In this document: one piece after another, positions 36,794 through 46,766 of the stretch
How the letters are laid out: every line of letters starts with the position of its first letter
Numbering within the stretch: the first letter of the stretch is position 1
NCBI GenBank assembly: GCA_902786345.1
Contig: CADACB010000010.1
Coordinates: forward strand, 34,723-98,722
DNA: 64,000 nt
Direction: 5' to 3'
Source of the DNA: an uncultured Ruminococcus sp.
GTDB taxonomy: Bacteria; Bacillota; Clostridia; Oscillospirales; Acutalibacteraceae
The notes under the pieces: model-generated
The model's input: only the letters and a program-made list of their open reading frames with translations
What the model was told of the DNA's origin: nothing
The model's database searches: none
Translations under genes and position numbers: made by a program

Positions 36794-38149
36794 TTATTGT
36801 CCGATAAGCTTTTTTCTTATTACTCTTTTTCCACTATATCTAATTTCCGGAGAAAGCAATATAAGAGCAGCAAGATTCGGGATAGCCATAAGTCCGTTAA
36901 GTGTATCTGAAATTTCCCATACAAGAGAAATTCCTGTTATACATCCGAAATATACAATTGCTGTATAAATCAGTCTGTATATCAAAATATATTTGCCGCC
37001 CGTTATATATTCAAAGCTCTTTTCACCGTAATAGGACCACGATACAAGTGTTGCAAATGCAAACAGAATTATGGATAAAGACATAAATATGTTTCCTGCA
37101 TTTCCGAGCACAAGATCAAATGAAAGAGTACTAAGTTCTATCCCGTCAAGGCCGGTCTTATCTGCACCTGTTGCAAGAATACACAATGCCATAAGCGTAC
37201 ACAGAACTATCGTATCAACAAAAACCTGAAAAATCCCCCACATTCCCTGCTCATATGGATCATCAGTCTCAGCAGCAGAATGAACTATAGGCGAGCTTCC
37301 AAGACCTGCTTCATTTGAAAATACACCTCTGGATATGCCGTATTTTATTGCCCTTGACATTCCATAACCCATAAATCCGCCTGCCGCTGCTTTTATATCA
37401 AAGGCTTCAATTATGATTTTTTCAAATGATGCCGGTATATTTTTGTAATTTACCGCCAGAATGACAAATACAGCCACTGTATATATAATTGCCATAAAGG
37501 GAACAAGCTTTTCAGTCAGTCTTGATATACGGTCTATTCCTCCAAAAATAATAACACCTACCGCAATCGCGATTATTATGCCGCTTAAATATTTATTCAC
37601 TCCAAAACCGTTTTCAAGTGCTCCTGCCACAGAATTTGCCTGCGTCATATTTCCCATTCCAAATGCAGCCAGGGTACAAAATACAGCAAATATAACTGCC
37701 AGCCATTTACATTTCAGACCCTTCTCTATGTAATACATAGGTCCACCTACATATTTCCCGTTTCTTCTTACTCTGTATTTTACACCCAATACATTTTCTG
37801 CAAAAACTGTTGCCATTCCAAAAAAAGCTGCTACCCACATCCAGAAAACAGAACCCGCTCCGCCTAAGGCTATTGCATTCGCAACTCCAACAATATTGCC
37901 TGTACCGATAGAACCGGCAAGTGCTGTTGCCATTGCCTGAAAAGGTGAGATGTTTTCTCTATCTTTTTTATTTTTATCTGATTTAAAAAACGACACTGCC
38001 GTTTTTGTCCACCACTCTTTGAACCCAAACAGCTGAAAGAACCTGAGCTTTATAGAAAAAAATATTCCCACTCCAACCAAAAGTATGAGCATATATGGTC
38101 CCCATACCAAATTATTCATAAATTGATTTATTTCATTTACTATATCCAT
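36794..38149 (-). CDS. Alanine/glycine:cation symporter (AGCS family)
   Basis: About 450 aa and multi-TM, with typical AGCS blocks (FQAMATALAGSIGTGNIVGVA, GGPMYYIEKG). I prefer the ATG at 38149 over the GTG at 38161. Confidence 0.9.
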   Translation of the reverse strand: MDIVNEINQFMNNLVWGPYMLILLVGVGIFFSIKLRFFQLFGFKEWWTKTAVSFFKSDKNKKDRENISPFQAMATALAGSIGTGNIVGVANAIALGGAGSVFWMWVAAFFGMATVFAENVLGVKYRVRRNGKYVGGPMYYIEKGLKCKWLAVIFAVFCTLAAFGMGNMTQANSVAGALENGFGVNKYLSGIIIAIAVGVIIFGGIDRISRLTEKLVPFMAIIYTVAVFVILAVNYKNIPASFEKIIIEAFDIKAAAGGFMGYGMSRAIKYGISRGVFSNEAGLGSSPIVHSAAETDDPYEQGMWGIFQVFVDTIVLCTLMALCILATGADKTGLDGIELSTLSFDLVLGNAGNIFMSLSIILFAFATLVSWSYYGEKSFEYITGGKYILIYRLIYTAIVYFGCITGISLVWEISDTLNGLMAIPNLAALILLSPEIRYSGKRVIRKKLIGQ

Positions 38150-38272
38150 ATTAAACACCACACACCAAAACAGTCTTTTAATTTATATGCGTAAAAAACT
38201 TTTTTAAAACAATATATACGGATTATTGATTTAAATAAGTATTTCTGATATATTTAAAAAGAGGTGATTCAT

Positions 38273-38752
38273 ATGGTAATACGTGTAGGACACGGATATG
38301 ATGTACATAAACTCTCAGAAAACCGAAAGCTGATAATAGGCGGAACAGAAATTCCTTATTGCAAAGGTTTATCCGGACACTCGGACGCTGACGTTTTAGT
38401 TCATTCAATAATTGACGCCATTTTAGGTGCAGCAGCATTAGGAGATATTGGCACGCATTTTCCCGATACTGATCCTGCTTATAAAGATGCAGACAGTATA
38501 GAACTGCTTAAAAAAACCTGCGATCTGATTTACAGCAACAACTACACTATTTCAAATATAGACGCTACAGTTATTGCTCAAAAGCCTAAATTAAAGCCTT
38601 ATATAACCAATATGAGAGCTAACATTGCAGCGGCAATGAAGATAGATATAGATTGCGTCAGTGTAAAAGCAACTACAGAAGAACAGTTAGGCTTTACAGG
38701 AAGACAGGAAGGCATTTCTGCACACTGTGTTGCACTTATTATCAGGGAATAA
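38273..38752 (+). CDS. ispF: 2-C-methyl-D-erythritol 2,4-cyclodiphosphate synthase
   Basis: RVGHGYDVH and [10 protein letters not shown] motifs. The ATG at 38273 lies 6 nt after GAGGTG. Confidence 0.95.
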   Translation: MVIRVGHGYDVHKLSENRKLIIGGTEIPYCKGLSGHSDADVLVHSIIDAILGAAALGDIGTHFPDTDPAYKDADSIELLKKTCDLIYSNNYTISNIDATVIAQKPKLKPYITNMRANIAAAMKIDIDCVSVKATTEEQLGFTGRQEGISAHCVALIIRE

Positions 38753-38861
38753 GGTATCCCGATAGATGATTATGGATTTGAAATTCATTTAAATGCAGTA
38801 AAAGTGTTCACGAAAATATATGTAAATATAACGCTTTACATCAATAAATATCATTGTTCAA

Positions 38862-38896
38862 ACAAAAGCTGATATACTTTACAGCTTTTGTTATTG
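38862..38896 (+). terminator. Hairpin terminator downstream of ispF
   Basis: Stem acaaaagctg / cagcttttgt followed by tattg. Confidence 0.55.
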
Positions 38897-38910
38897 TAAA
38901 GCATAAACAA

Positions 38911-38977
38911 AACCTCTTATACTACATAGCTGATAAATATAATCAACTATAATGGTATAAGAGGTTGTTTTATTTTT
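38911..38977. terminator. Long-loop hairpin with T tracts on both strands (ispF/degV convergent region)
   Basis: 12-bp stem aacctcttatac / gtataagaggtt followed by gttttattttt. The complement is followed by ttttgtttatgc. Confidence 0.5.
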
Positions 38978-39153
38978 GACAATATATTTTGATAATATAT
39001 AATTTATACTATTTTCGTTTATTGTTGTACCAATAAAACATCAGAAAAATCCAAACAAAACAATATAATGTAATGAAGCTGAAGCCATTGTGTGTTTCAG
39101 GACAAAGACATTACAATATCTATAGTTTAAAGTGATAACAGTATTAAAAACAA

Positions 39154-40041
39154 TCATATATTGAATCTGCTTACATCCTTTCCGAAGCTCAGAAGTGCCA
39201 CTGCATCAGGACCAATGGAAGCTCCTATTATCGGACCTATATAACAGGTGTATGTTTCGGCATCCGGAATTCTTTCATTTATCATTTCCTTAAGTGTTTG
39301 TGCATCATCACTGCTGTCTGCGTGAGCGATGATTATAAGCTTATCATCGGAATCAGCTATAGCGGCTGCTGTAAGTTCAACTATCTCTGAGAGTGAATTG
39401 ACTCTTCCCTTTACTTTTTTGATTGGTGTGTTATTTCCCTCTGTATCAGAAATAATTATAGGCTTTACACCTAACAGATTTCCAAAAAATGCTGCTGAAG
39501 CCTTTACTCTGCCTGCACGTCTTAATGTATCAAGACTGTGCACAGTGCAAAATTGGTTAATATTGTTCCGTTCGGAAATTATTTTTTCTGCAAGCTCATC
39601 TGTGGACAATCCGCTGTCTCTGTGCTTTGCAGCACGAATTGACAATAAACCCTCTCCGCTGCACGCATTAAGGGAATTAATACAGTATATTTGAGAATCC
39701 GGATATTTTTCTCTAAGACGTTTTGCTGTTATCTCACCCATATTTACAGAACCTGAAAGTGCAAGTGAACATCCGATGTAAATTATATCATATCCTGCTT
39801 CAAGCCAATATGTAAATTTTTCTTCAAATTCTTTTTCAGGAACCTGTGTAGTTGTTATACGTTCACCGTTTCTCATTATATCATAAAATTCCTTTGGACT
39901 ATAGTATTCCCAATCAAGACTTGCCGGCTGTTCCTTGCCGCTTATCACAGTATTCATTTTTACATAATCAATATCATACTTCTCTCTCATTTCTTTTGTA
40001 AGATCTGAGCACGAATCAGTAATTATTTTTATTTTATTCAA
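39154..40041 (-). CDS. DegV-family fatty-acid-binding protein
   Basis: KIKIITDSCSDL N-terminus and typical DegV length. I prefer the TTG at 40041 (MNKIKIITDS) because AAGGGA abuts the ATG at 40050. Confidence 0.88.
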   Translation of the reverse strand: MNKIKIITDSCSDLTKEMREKYDIDYVKMNTVISGKEQPASLDWEYYSPKEFYDIMRNGERITTTQVPEKEFEEKFTYWLEAGYDIIYIGCSLALSGSVNMGEITAKRLREKYPDSQIYCINSLNACSGEGLLSIRAAKHRDSGLSTDELAEKIISERNNINQFCTVHSLDTLRRAGRVKASAAFFGNLLGVKPIIISDTEGNNTPIKKVKGRVNSLSEIVELTAAAIADSDDKLIIIAHADSSDDAQTLKEMINERIPDAETYTCYIGPIIGASIGPDAVALLSFGKDVSRFNI

Positions 40042-40197
40042 ATGTATCATCCCTTATTTTATTTTTAAGTTATACCTTACTTGTATATTATATACCGTTA
40101 AATATCTGAAAAAAATGGACATATTTGTCTTTTTACGTTGTAAAATACACACTTTTGTATACAAGTGTGTAATAAGTAATAAATATATATTAAATTG

Positions 40198-40234
40198 TAA
40201 AAAAACCTGCTGTAAAATTTAACTTTTACAACAG
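40198..40234 (-). terminator. Intrinsic terminator after the pseudouridine synthase gene
   Basis: Minus strand: ctgttgtaaaa / ttttacagcag stem followed by gttttttta. Confidence 0.7.
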
Positions 40235-40243
40235 ATCAATTTA

Positions 40244-41212
40244 TCAGATAATATAATCTCCTTCAGAAAAATATGACGTAAACCATACCTCAGGAGCTGT
40301 AAAAACTTTTTCATTAAGATATTGAAGTATGCCGCTGTCACTTTTGAATGAGAATTTCAGTTTGTATGAATACAGTGCCTGATATTTATACCCCATTTTA
40401 CGGTTTATTTCGTTTCTTCCGTATTTTCCGTCTCCAAGCAGCGGATGTCCTATGTGTGCAAAATGTGCCCTTATCTGATGTGTTCTGCCCGTCAGCAAAT
40501 CTACTTCAACAAGACTGAAATTATTTTTTTCGGCAAGTACCTTGTATTTTGTCTTTATGGTTTTTGTATTATCGGTTGGTCTTTTTGATATATAAACCTT
40601 ATTCTTCTGTTCGTTCTTTTCAAGATAGTCAGTGAGCAGTGCTTCTTTTTTCTTGAATATTCCAACAGCAATACACAGATAAAGCTTTTCTATTTCTCTG
40701 TTTTTAACCTTTTGATTCAAAATACGCAGGGACTCAGAATTTTTTGCAGCAATAACGATACCTCCGGTATTTCTGTCTATACGATTGACAAGGGCAGGTG
40801 CAAAGGAATTTTCTTTTCTTGGATCATATTCGCCCTTATCATAAAGATAATGCTGCACACGGGCTATAAGTGAATCAAAATGGTATGTCTCATCAGGATG
40901 AACAAGCAATCCTGGTTTTTTATTCAGAAGCATTATGTTTTCATCCTCATAAACTATATCCAGCTTGATTGGCGCTTTCATAAAATCATATTCATCTGTT
41001 GTGCTTTGAAAGAACTCATCCTTGATATAAAGCGTAAGAATATCCCCAGCCTTAAGTCTGCTTGAGATCTCACACCTTTTTCCGTTCAGCTTGATATATT
41101 TTGTACGGATATATTTATACATCAGCGACTGAGGCATATTTTTAAAACGTTTGCTCAAAAACTTATCAAGTCTTTGTCCGCCGTCATTTGCAGTTATTTC
41201 AATCTGCCGCAT
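40244..41212 (-). CDS. RluA-family 23S rRNA pseudouridine synthase (RluD/RluC-like, with an S4 domain)
   Basis: S4-like N-terminus (GQRLDKFL) and catalytic VNRIDRNTGGIV. ATG at 41212 is the 11th codon of the track ORF. Confidence 0.88.
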   Translation of the reverse strand: MRQIEITANDGGQRLDKFLSKRFKNMPQSLMYKYIRTKYIKLNGKRCEISSRLKAGDILTLYIKDEFFQSTTDEYDFMKAPIKLDIVYEDENIMLLNKKPGLLVHPDETYHFDSLIARVQHYLYDKGEYDPRKENSFAPALVNRIDRNTGGIVIAAKNSESLRILNQKVKNREIEKLYLCIAVGIFKKKEALLTDYLEKNEQKNKVYISKRPTDNTKTIKTKYKVLAEKNNFSLVEVDLLTGRTHQIRAHFAHIGHPLLGDGKYGRNEINRKMGYKYQALYSYKLKFSFKSDSGILQYLNEKVFTAPEVWFTSYFSEGDYII

Positions 41213-41286
41213 AAATTCCACTTCCCTACTATGTTTCCACACTAAATATGATCACAGTTATATATTATACATATGACTGAAATTGT

Positions 41287-43860
41287 TTAAAGTCTTGAAG
41301 AAATAATATTTCTGATCTCATCCTCGGCAGCCCTGATCTCTTCATAGAACGCTCTTGATGATACACGCAGTGCACCGCTGCCAAGAATTATAAGCTGTTC
41401 AAGTCCATCTGAAGTAACTACCCTTACTCTATGATCTGAAGCGAGCTTATGAGTTGCCTTTTCAATGTACATATCAGCAGTTTCAGCTTCTTTTGTATAC
41501 ACTATACTGATATTATCCACTTTTTCAACCGAACCTTTGCCGCCCGTAACTTTATATGCATCAAATACCAGTATAACCTCGCATTTTTTATAGCCCTGAT
41601 AGTTGCACAAAGTATTGATCAGTGACGCTCTTGCAGCATCTATATTTGTTTCTGACAGCTTTTTAAGATGCTCCCACGAAAAAATTACGTTGTATCCGTC
41701 AACAAGAAGATATTCAGTATCATCAACAGGTTTTTTCACAGTTTTAATTTTTCTGTCGTTGTAAGAGGGTGCAATAAACTCTCGTTGCTGTTCCTCACTT
41801 TTTCTTTTTACAGGTCCGTATGTTTGTTCAAAAATCTGCATAAGCTCTCTGTCAAGTGCAAATATATCATTGCCTGAGCTATAGCCTGCAAGACGTTCAC
41901 GCTTATTGACGGTCTGAACCCCGGGCTTTGACCAGGCTTCAGGCAGATGCATATGAGATTTTACTTCATCCCATTTTACAATATATCCTGAACCGTGGGA
42001 ACAAAAAACAGAATCACATGGATTGTCTGTATCACGATCAGGAGAATAGTCTGACTTTTTAATAATCTCATCTGCATTGTGACAATCGTCATAGCCTATA
42101 AAGCTGCATACAATCCTGCCTCTTCCGTGAGTATATTGAGTGACCTCTTTCCCATAATTATTGATTGTAGAAACAGGAGCTTTGCCTTTTATTACCGACA
42201 TATCTCCAAGGGCTTCCGGCTGCTCAAAGCTGCCTGACATCTGCTGTATATCTGAAATTGCTCTGCCAATATTTTCATTCGGAACTTCCAGCATAAAGCT
42301 GTAATAAGGCTCAAGCAAAATACTGTTCGTTGAACGGATACCCTGCCTCACAGCCCTTAAGGCAGCCTGTCTGAAATCTCCGCCCTCGGTATGCTTTGGA
42401 TGTGCCTTTCCTGAAAGAAGTATTATTTCCATATCTGTTATCGGGGAACCTGTCAGCACACCAATATGTTTTTTTTCATATAGATTAGAAAGTATCAATC
42501 TCTGCCAGTTTTTATCAAGCGTATCCTCACGGCATTCAGAGCTGAAAACGATTCCGCTGTTTCGTTTTCCGGGCTTCAAAAGAAGATGAACCTCTGCATA
42601 ATGACGGAGCGGCTCAAAATGTCCTACACCTTCAACCGGCTCTGTTATTGTTTCCTTATATATGATATTGCCTGTACCAAATGAAACCTCAAAGCCGAAG
42701 CGCTCAGATATAATACTTTTCAGCACTTCAAGCTGTATCTCTCCCATAACCCTGAGCTGAATTTTACCATATCTCTCATTCATAGATACATTTAACAGCG
42801 GATCTTCGTTTTCAAGTATTTTAAGCTTTTCAAGTGCTGTATGTGTATTTACTCCTTCCGGCAAATCAAGTGAATATGTAAGAACAGGCGCAAGCACAGG
42901 CAGTGCAGAAGGCTTTTCTGTTCCAAGACCATCTCCGGGAGAAGCAAAGCTTATACCGGTAACTGCACATATTGTTCCCGGTAAAGCTTCTTCAACTGTA
43001 TTGAAACGTTCTCCTGAATATATTCTTATCTGGTTAACCTTTTCACTGTTTGTATTTTTATCACTTTCAAGTATATCTCTTACCCTGAGACAGCCTCCTG
43101 TCACCTTAAGATATGTAAGACGTCTTCCCTGTTTATCATCGGAAATTTTAAATACCTTTCCGGCAAAAACCTCGGGATATGACGGCATTTGAGTGTAATT
43201 ATAAAAAATATCAAGAAATGTATTCACACCATTGTTTTTTAATGCAGAGCCGAATATAACCGGAAAGATCCTTCTGTGTGATACAGCAGATGTGATACTC
43301 TCTTTATTTATCCGATCATTATTATAATATTCATCCAATAATTTGTCATCACATTCGGCAATGCTTTCGTTAAACAGAGGACTGTCGGCTTCTGTAAAAT
43401 CCACACATCGGTCACTTATCTTATTTTTCAGCAGTGCAATAAGCTCTGATTTATCTGCTCCCGGAAGATCCATTTTGTTTACAAAAATAAAACACGGCAG
43501 TCTGTATTTATTAAGCAGATCCCAAAGCGTATGCGTGTGGCTTTGGATGCCGTCAGTTCCGCTTATAACTAATATTGCATAATCAAGAACCTGAAGTGTT
43601 CTTTCAGCTTCGGCTGAAAAATCGACGTGTCCGGGTGTATCAAGTAACGTGTATTCAACATCCTTATATTTCAGAATCGCCTGCTTTGAAAAAATTGTGA
43701 TACCTCTTTCCCGTTCAAGAGAGTATGTGTCAAGAAAAGAATCACGATGGTCAACACGTCCCAGCTTATTGATATTTCCGGAGTTATAAAGCAGTGCTTC
43801 GGACAATGTTGTTTTTCCTGAATCCACATGTGCCAATATACCTGCAACAATTTTTTTCAT
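41287..43860 (-). CDS. Translational GTPase (EF-G/Tet(M)-like, five-domain) fused to a C-terminal YacP/Rae1-like NYN ribonuclease domain
   Basis: G motifs AHVDSGKTT, DTPGHVDF and NKMD, plus EF-G-like domains II-V. The C-terminal 150 aa (YLLVDGYNVIFSWEHL...ILVFDAYKV...IVYTKEAETADMYIEK...VVTSDGLEQLIILGSGALRVSSRAF) align well with B. subtilis Rae1/YacP as I remember it. Confidence 0.85.
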   Translation of the reverse strand: MKKIVAGILAHVDSGKTTLSEALLYNSGNINKLGRVDHRDSFLDTYSLERERGITIFSKQAILKYKDVEYTLLDTPGHVDFSAEAERTLQVLDYAILVISGTDGIQSHTHTLWDLLNKYRLPCFIFVNKMDLPGADKSELIALLKNKISDRCVDFTEADSPLFNESIAECDDKLLDEYYNNDRINKESITSAVSHRRIFPVIFGSALKNNGVNTFLDIFYNYTQMPSYPEVFAGKVFKISDDKQGRRLTYLKVTGGCLRVRDILESDKNTNSEKVNQIRIYSGERFNTVEEALPGTICAVTGISFASPGDGLGTEKPSALPVLAPVLTYSLDLPEGVNTHTALEKLKILENEDPLLNVSMNERYGKIQLRVMGEIQLEVLKSIISERFGFEVSFGTGNIIYKETITEPVEGVGHFEPLRHYAEVHLLLKPGKRNSGIVFSSECREDTLDKNWQRLILSNLYEKKHIGVLTGSPITDMEIILLSGKAHPKHTEGGDFRQAALRAVRQGIRSTNSILLEPYYSFMLEVPNENIGRAISDIQQMSGSFEQPEALGDMSVIKGKAPVSTINNYGKEVTQYTHGRGRIVCSFIGYDDCHNADEIIKKSDYSPDRDTDNPCDSVFCSHGSGYIVKWDEVKSHMHLPEAWSKPGVQTVNKRERLAGYSSGNDIFALDRELMQIFEQTYGPVKRKSEEQQREFIAPSYNDRKIKTVKKPVDDTEYLLVDGYNVIFSWEHLKKLSETNIDAARASLINTLCNYQGYKKCEVILVFDAYKVTGGKGSVEKVDNISIVYTKEAETADMYIEKATHKLASDHRVRVVTSDGLEQLIILGSGALRVSSRAFYEEIRAAEDEIRNIISSRL

Positions 43861-44026
43861 TCACTTTACCTCCGTCAGGTTAATCGGACAATAAAAAAGA
43901 CTGTATAATCCGATAAAGAAGGATAATTTCAGTAAAACATCCAAAACATTTTATGAACCGGATATTTTAAAAGCCGAAACCATCCATACCAATAGAATCA
44001 GACAGTCACTAATCCCGCAGCAATAT

Positions 44027-44057
44027 AATGCCGCTTATTTTACACTTAAGCGGCATT
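44027..44057 (-). terminator. Hairpin downstream of the amidohydrolase gene
   Basis: 11-bp stem aatgccgctta / taagcggcatt with a weak T tract. Confidence 0.4.
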
Positions 44058-44089
44058 AATATAATAATAAAATTCTATAGTACCTTTGT

Positions 44090-44908
44090 TCATATACTAA
44101 TTCCGAAAAGCTCAGCTGCATTCTTATACATAAGTCTGTCATATTCATCAGCTGTTATCATTTCTTTTAGCTCATTGAAATATTCCTGATAAAGCGAGCG
44201 GTCACCCATACGGTTATGAAGGTATGTGTCCTTACCATCAATCGGGCTGTCACTTCCGAAAACAATTTTCTCTATGCCTGCCGTCTTTATAAGCTTGAGT
44301 GTGCTCTTCAACGGCACCCAAGTTGTATCTCCATAAAGGTTAGGAAGTCTTGATATAAGCTCTATAGCCTCATTATTATCTGTTCCAAGTCCCATATGAA
44401 CCATAAAGAACTTTGTTTTAGGAAATTTTTTTGCCATATTATATACTCTTACACACGAAGCGGCATCCGAACCTCCTGTATGAACAACAACAGGTAATCC
44501 ATAATGCTCTGCAAGATCAATAAACGGCGTGACTTTATCGGAATCAAATGGCACATTGGAATGATATGGATGAAACTTTATTGCCTTTATATATTTTCTG
44601 TTGTCATTTATTGCCTTATAAAGATCATAATCGGCTTTTTCGCCAAAGGGCTTTACCCACACAGCAACACCTATACGATTTGGTTCAGACCTTGCAAACT
44701 CTATCACGTCATTAAGACATTCCAGCTGAGAATGCTGGTATTTACGTGGAATCGGACGAAGCTGATGATCAAATTCAGCTGCATTCAGGCTTGAAACAAT
44801 GCTGTAATCAATTCCGTATTTATCCATAGAATATACAACATCTTCCTTTGTAAGCCTGAAATTGAGCATATCACCAATGTGTACATGTGTGTCAATTATC
44901 ATATGCAT
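44090..44908 (-). CDS. Amidohydrolase-family (TIM-barrel metal-dependent) hydrolase
   Basis: IIDTHVHIGD N-terminal metal-binding motif, and later VVHTGG / VHMG histidines. Confidence 0.8.
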   Translation of the reverse strand: MHMIIDTHVHIGDMLNFRLTKEDVVYSMDKYGIDYSIVSSLNAAEFDHQLRPIPRKYQHSQLECLNDVIEFARSEPNRIGVAVWVKPFGEKADYDLYKAINDNRKYIKAIKFHPYHSNVPFDSDKVTPFIDLAEHYGLPVVVHTGGSDAASCVRVYNMAKKFPKTKFFMVHMGLGTDNNEAIELISRLPNLYGDTTWVPLKSTLKLIKTAGIEKIVFGSDSPIDGKDTYLHNRMGDRSLYQEYFNELKEMITADEYDRLMYKNAAELFGISI

Positions 44909-44917
44909 ACCTCCACA

Positions 44918-45373
44918 CTACTTCTCGGATATAAGCCTGTTAAGCTCCTCAAGAAAAGTATGAACATCCTTGAACTGTCTGTATACCGAAGCAAATCTGA
45001 CATAGGCTACTTCATCAACATTTTTTAATATATCCAGTGTATACTCTCCTATAAGCTTTGACGAAATTTCTCTGTCAAGCGTACTTTGTATTTTTGTCTC
45101 CACCTTATCAACTATCATATCTATATCATCAAGTGATACAGGGCGTTTTTCACATGCACGAAGTATGCCGTTTGTAAGCTTTTCACGGTTATATGGCTCT
45201 CGTGAATTATCACGCTTTATAACCATCACAGGTGTGGTTTCTATTATCTCATACGTAGTAAAACGTTTTGAACAATTAAAGCACTCGCGGCGGCGCCTTA
45301 TTCTTTCACCCTCATCGGTTGGTCTGGAATCTACAACCTTACTTTCTTCACATCCGCAATATGGGCATTTCAT
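44918..45373 (-). CDS. nrdR: Transcriptional repressor NrdR
   Basis: MKCPYCG...CFNC zinc ribbon plus an ATP-cone. Confidence 0.95.
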   Translation of the reverse strand: MKCPYCGCEESKVVDSRPTDEGERIRRRRECFNCSKRFTTYEIIETTPVMVIKRDNSREPYNREKLTNGILRACEKRPVSLDDIDMIVDKVETKIQSTLDREISSKLIGEYTLDILKNVDEVAYVRFASVYRQFKDVHTFLEELNRLISEK

Positions 45374-45475
45374 AAAGTTCCCTCCCTGTTCATAATTTAG
45401 GACAATCGGAGCAATGTAAATATAAATATATATTCATCAGGCTTTAAGACCATTTTAATGATATAGTCCGGATGA

Positions 45476-46270
45476 TCAAAAATATTTGTATACAAGATAT
45501 TCAAGATATTCTTTTGACTCCGTAAGCTCTGACAGCTTATCAAAGCTGAACCTATATACTTCTATTATTATATCACCGTCATATTTTAAACCTGCAAGAT
45601 ATTTGATAAATTCTTCTATATCAAATCTGCCCTTGCCCGGCAGAACACATTTGTTGTTTATATCATTATCGCTTATATGTATATGTCTGAGTGACTTACC
45701 CATAGTCTTTATTTCATCAAGCGGCGTGACTCCACTTCTGAACGCCTGCTTGGTGTCACATACAAAAAAAGCGCTTTCAGGTATCTGCTCTCTCATATCC
45801 ATTATAAAGTCAGGAATTCCGCTTCGGAATCTGACAACATTTTCCTGAAGGAGCTTTACACCGTAACAGGCAGCTTTTTTCTGAAGAAGTTCAAAGCGTC
45901 TGCAATATTCAGCATTTGAAAGAGATGAACTGTAGTCAGTGCTAAGACCGTGAAGCACCACTTTATCAGCACCAATATATTGAGCTGCACGAAAATACAT
46001 TTCGTATAAGCTTACACCGTCAAGAAATCTTCTTTCGTAATTTGAAAAAAGCAGAAAAGATTCATATGAGGATGTAAACGGATGGATAGATACAACTGAT
46101 GAGCCAAATCTTTCAAGATGTGTTTTCAGCTTATCAAGATAGTCTTTTTCAAGCTCGGAAAAAGTATTGAAAAAAATCTCAAACGTATCAAAACCTATTC
46201 CGGTAAGCGTGGATATACAATCCTCGGTAAGCATAGGATATAAGCATCCTGTTGATATTCCTATTTTCAT
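45476..46270 (-). CDS. Sugar phosphate isomerase/epimerase (xylose isomerase-like TIM barrel)
   Basis: 264 aa with layout and motifs typical of the AP endonuclease 2 / xylose isomerase-like fold. No specific function can be assigned. Confidence 0.75.
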   Translation of the reverse strand: MKIGISTGCLYPMLTEDCISTLTGIGFDTFEIFFNTFSELEKDYLDKLKTHLERFGSSVVSIHPFTSSYESFLLFSNYERRFLDGVSLYEMYFRAAQYIGADKVVLHGLSTDYSSSLSNAEYCRRFELLQKKAACYGVKLLQENVVRFRSGIPDFIMDMREQIPESAFFVCDTKQAFRSGVTPLDEIKTMGKSLRHIHISDNDINNKCVLPGKGRFDIEEFIKYLAGLKYDGDIIIEVYRFSFDKLSELTESKEYLEYLVYKYF

Positions 46271-46450
46271 ATTTACCCCGATAATACTACAGTTAAGTTT
46301 ATCTTATTTCCTGATTATTATAATATATCTTTTTTGCGGTAAAGTCAAATAAAATCAAGCATTTTATATAATTTTTTTATTTTCAGATAAAGATAAATAT
46401 GCACATTAATCCTTTTTAAAAAATAAATATAAAAATAATATAAAAAAAGC

Positions 46451-46479
46451 TTGACAAATGAATAAATTTAGTATATTAT
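46451..46479 (+). promoter_or_regulatory. Strong consensus-like promoter of an orphan short transcript
   Basis: TTGACA (46451-46456), 17-nt spacer, TATTAT (46474-46479), overlapping TATAAT. Confidence 0.5.
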
Positions 46480-46485
46480 AATAGC

Positions 46486-46642
46486 AGTTGAACAAACACT
46501 CACTCTATGGTGGAATAAATGCATCATTACAGTAGTTTGTTTAATGTTTTATTTTGATTATTCCTTTTCTTTCCTTTTTCCTTTTTTCTTTTTATTCCTT
46601 TAAGTAAGAACGCAGAGCTTGTCTCTGCGTTTTTGCTTTTTT
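46486..46642 (+). ncRNA. Candidate sRNA of about 155 nt with a 5' hairpin, a long CU-rich tract and an intrinsic terminator
   Basis: It is bounded by the promoter at 46451-46479 and the terminator at 46609-46642. No ORF with an RBS is present. A 10-bp stem ttgaacaaac / gtttgtttaa is followed by a pyrimidine tract at about 46557-46601. Confidence 0.3.
46609..46642 (+). terminator. Intrinsic terminator
   Basis: Stem aacgcagag / ctctgcgtt followed by tttgctttttt. Confidence 0.75.
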
Positions 46643-46703
46643 AGAATTATATTATTTTTAGCACCACACCACACATTTTTTTGTATATATTCATCACTGT
46701 ATA

Positions 46704-46733
46704 TTGACAAATACTCATTATTTTTTATATAAT
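46704..46733 (+). promoter_or_regulatory. Candidate promoter of the cohesin-like protein gene
   Basis: TTGACA (46704-46709), 18-nt spacer, TATAAT (46728-46733). Confidence 0.5.
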
Positions 46734-46766
46734 ATGGTATAAATCACATTATTAAGGATCAATAAA

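Noticed and set aside
41287-43860. Tet(M)/Tet(O)-type tetracycline ribosomal protection gene
   Set aside because: The N-terminal similarity is at the level of the general EF-G/Tet(M) GTPase fold. The C-terminal NYN/Rae1 fusion and housekeeping context argue against a classical mobile tet determinant. Resistance cannot be claimed from sequence alone.
46546-46605. Phe-rich mini-ORF (MFYFDYSFSFLFPFFFLFL) as an attenuation leader peptide or type I toxin
   Set aside because: No RBS precedes the ATG and the downstream gene is unrelated to Phe metabolism. The peptide is simply the translation of a pyrimidine tract, so I kept it only as part of the candidate sRNA.
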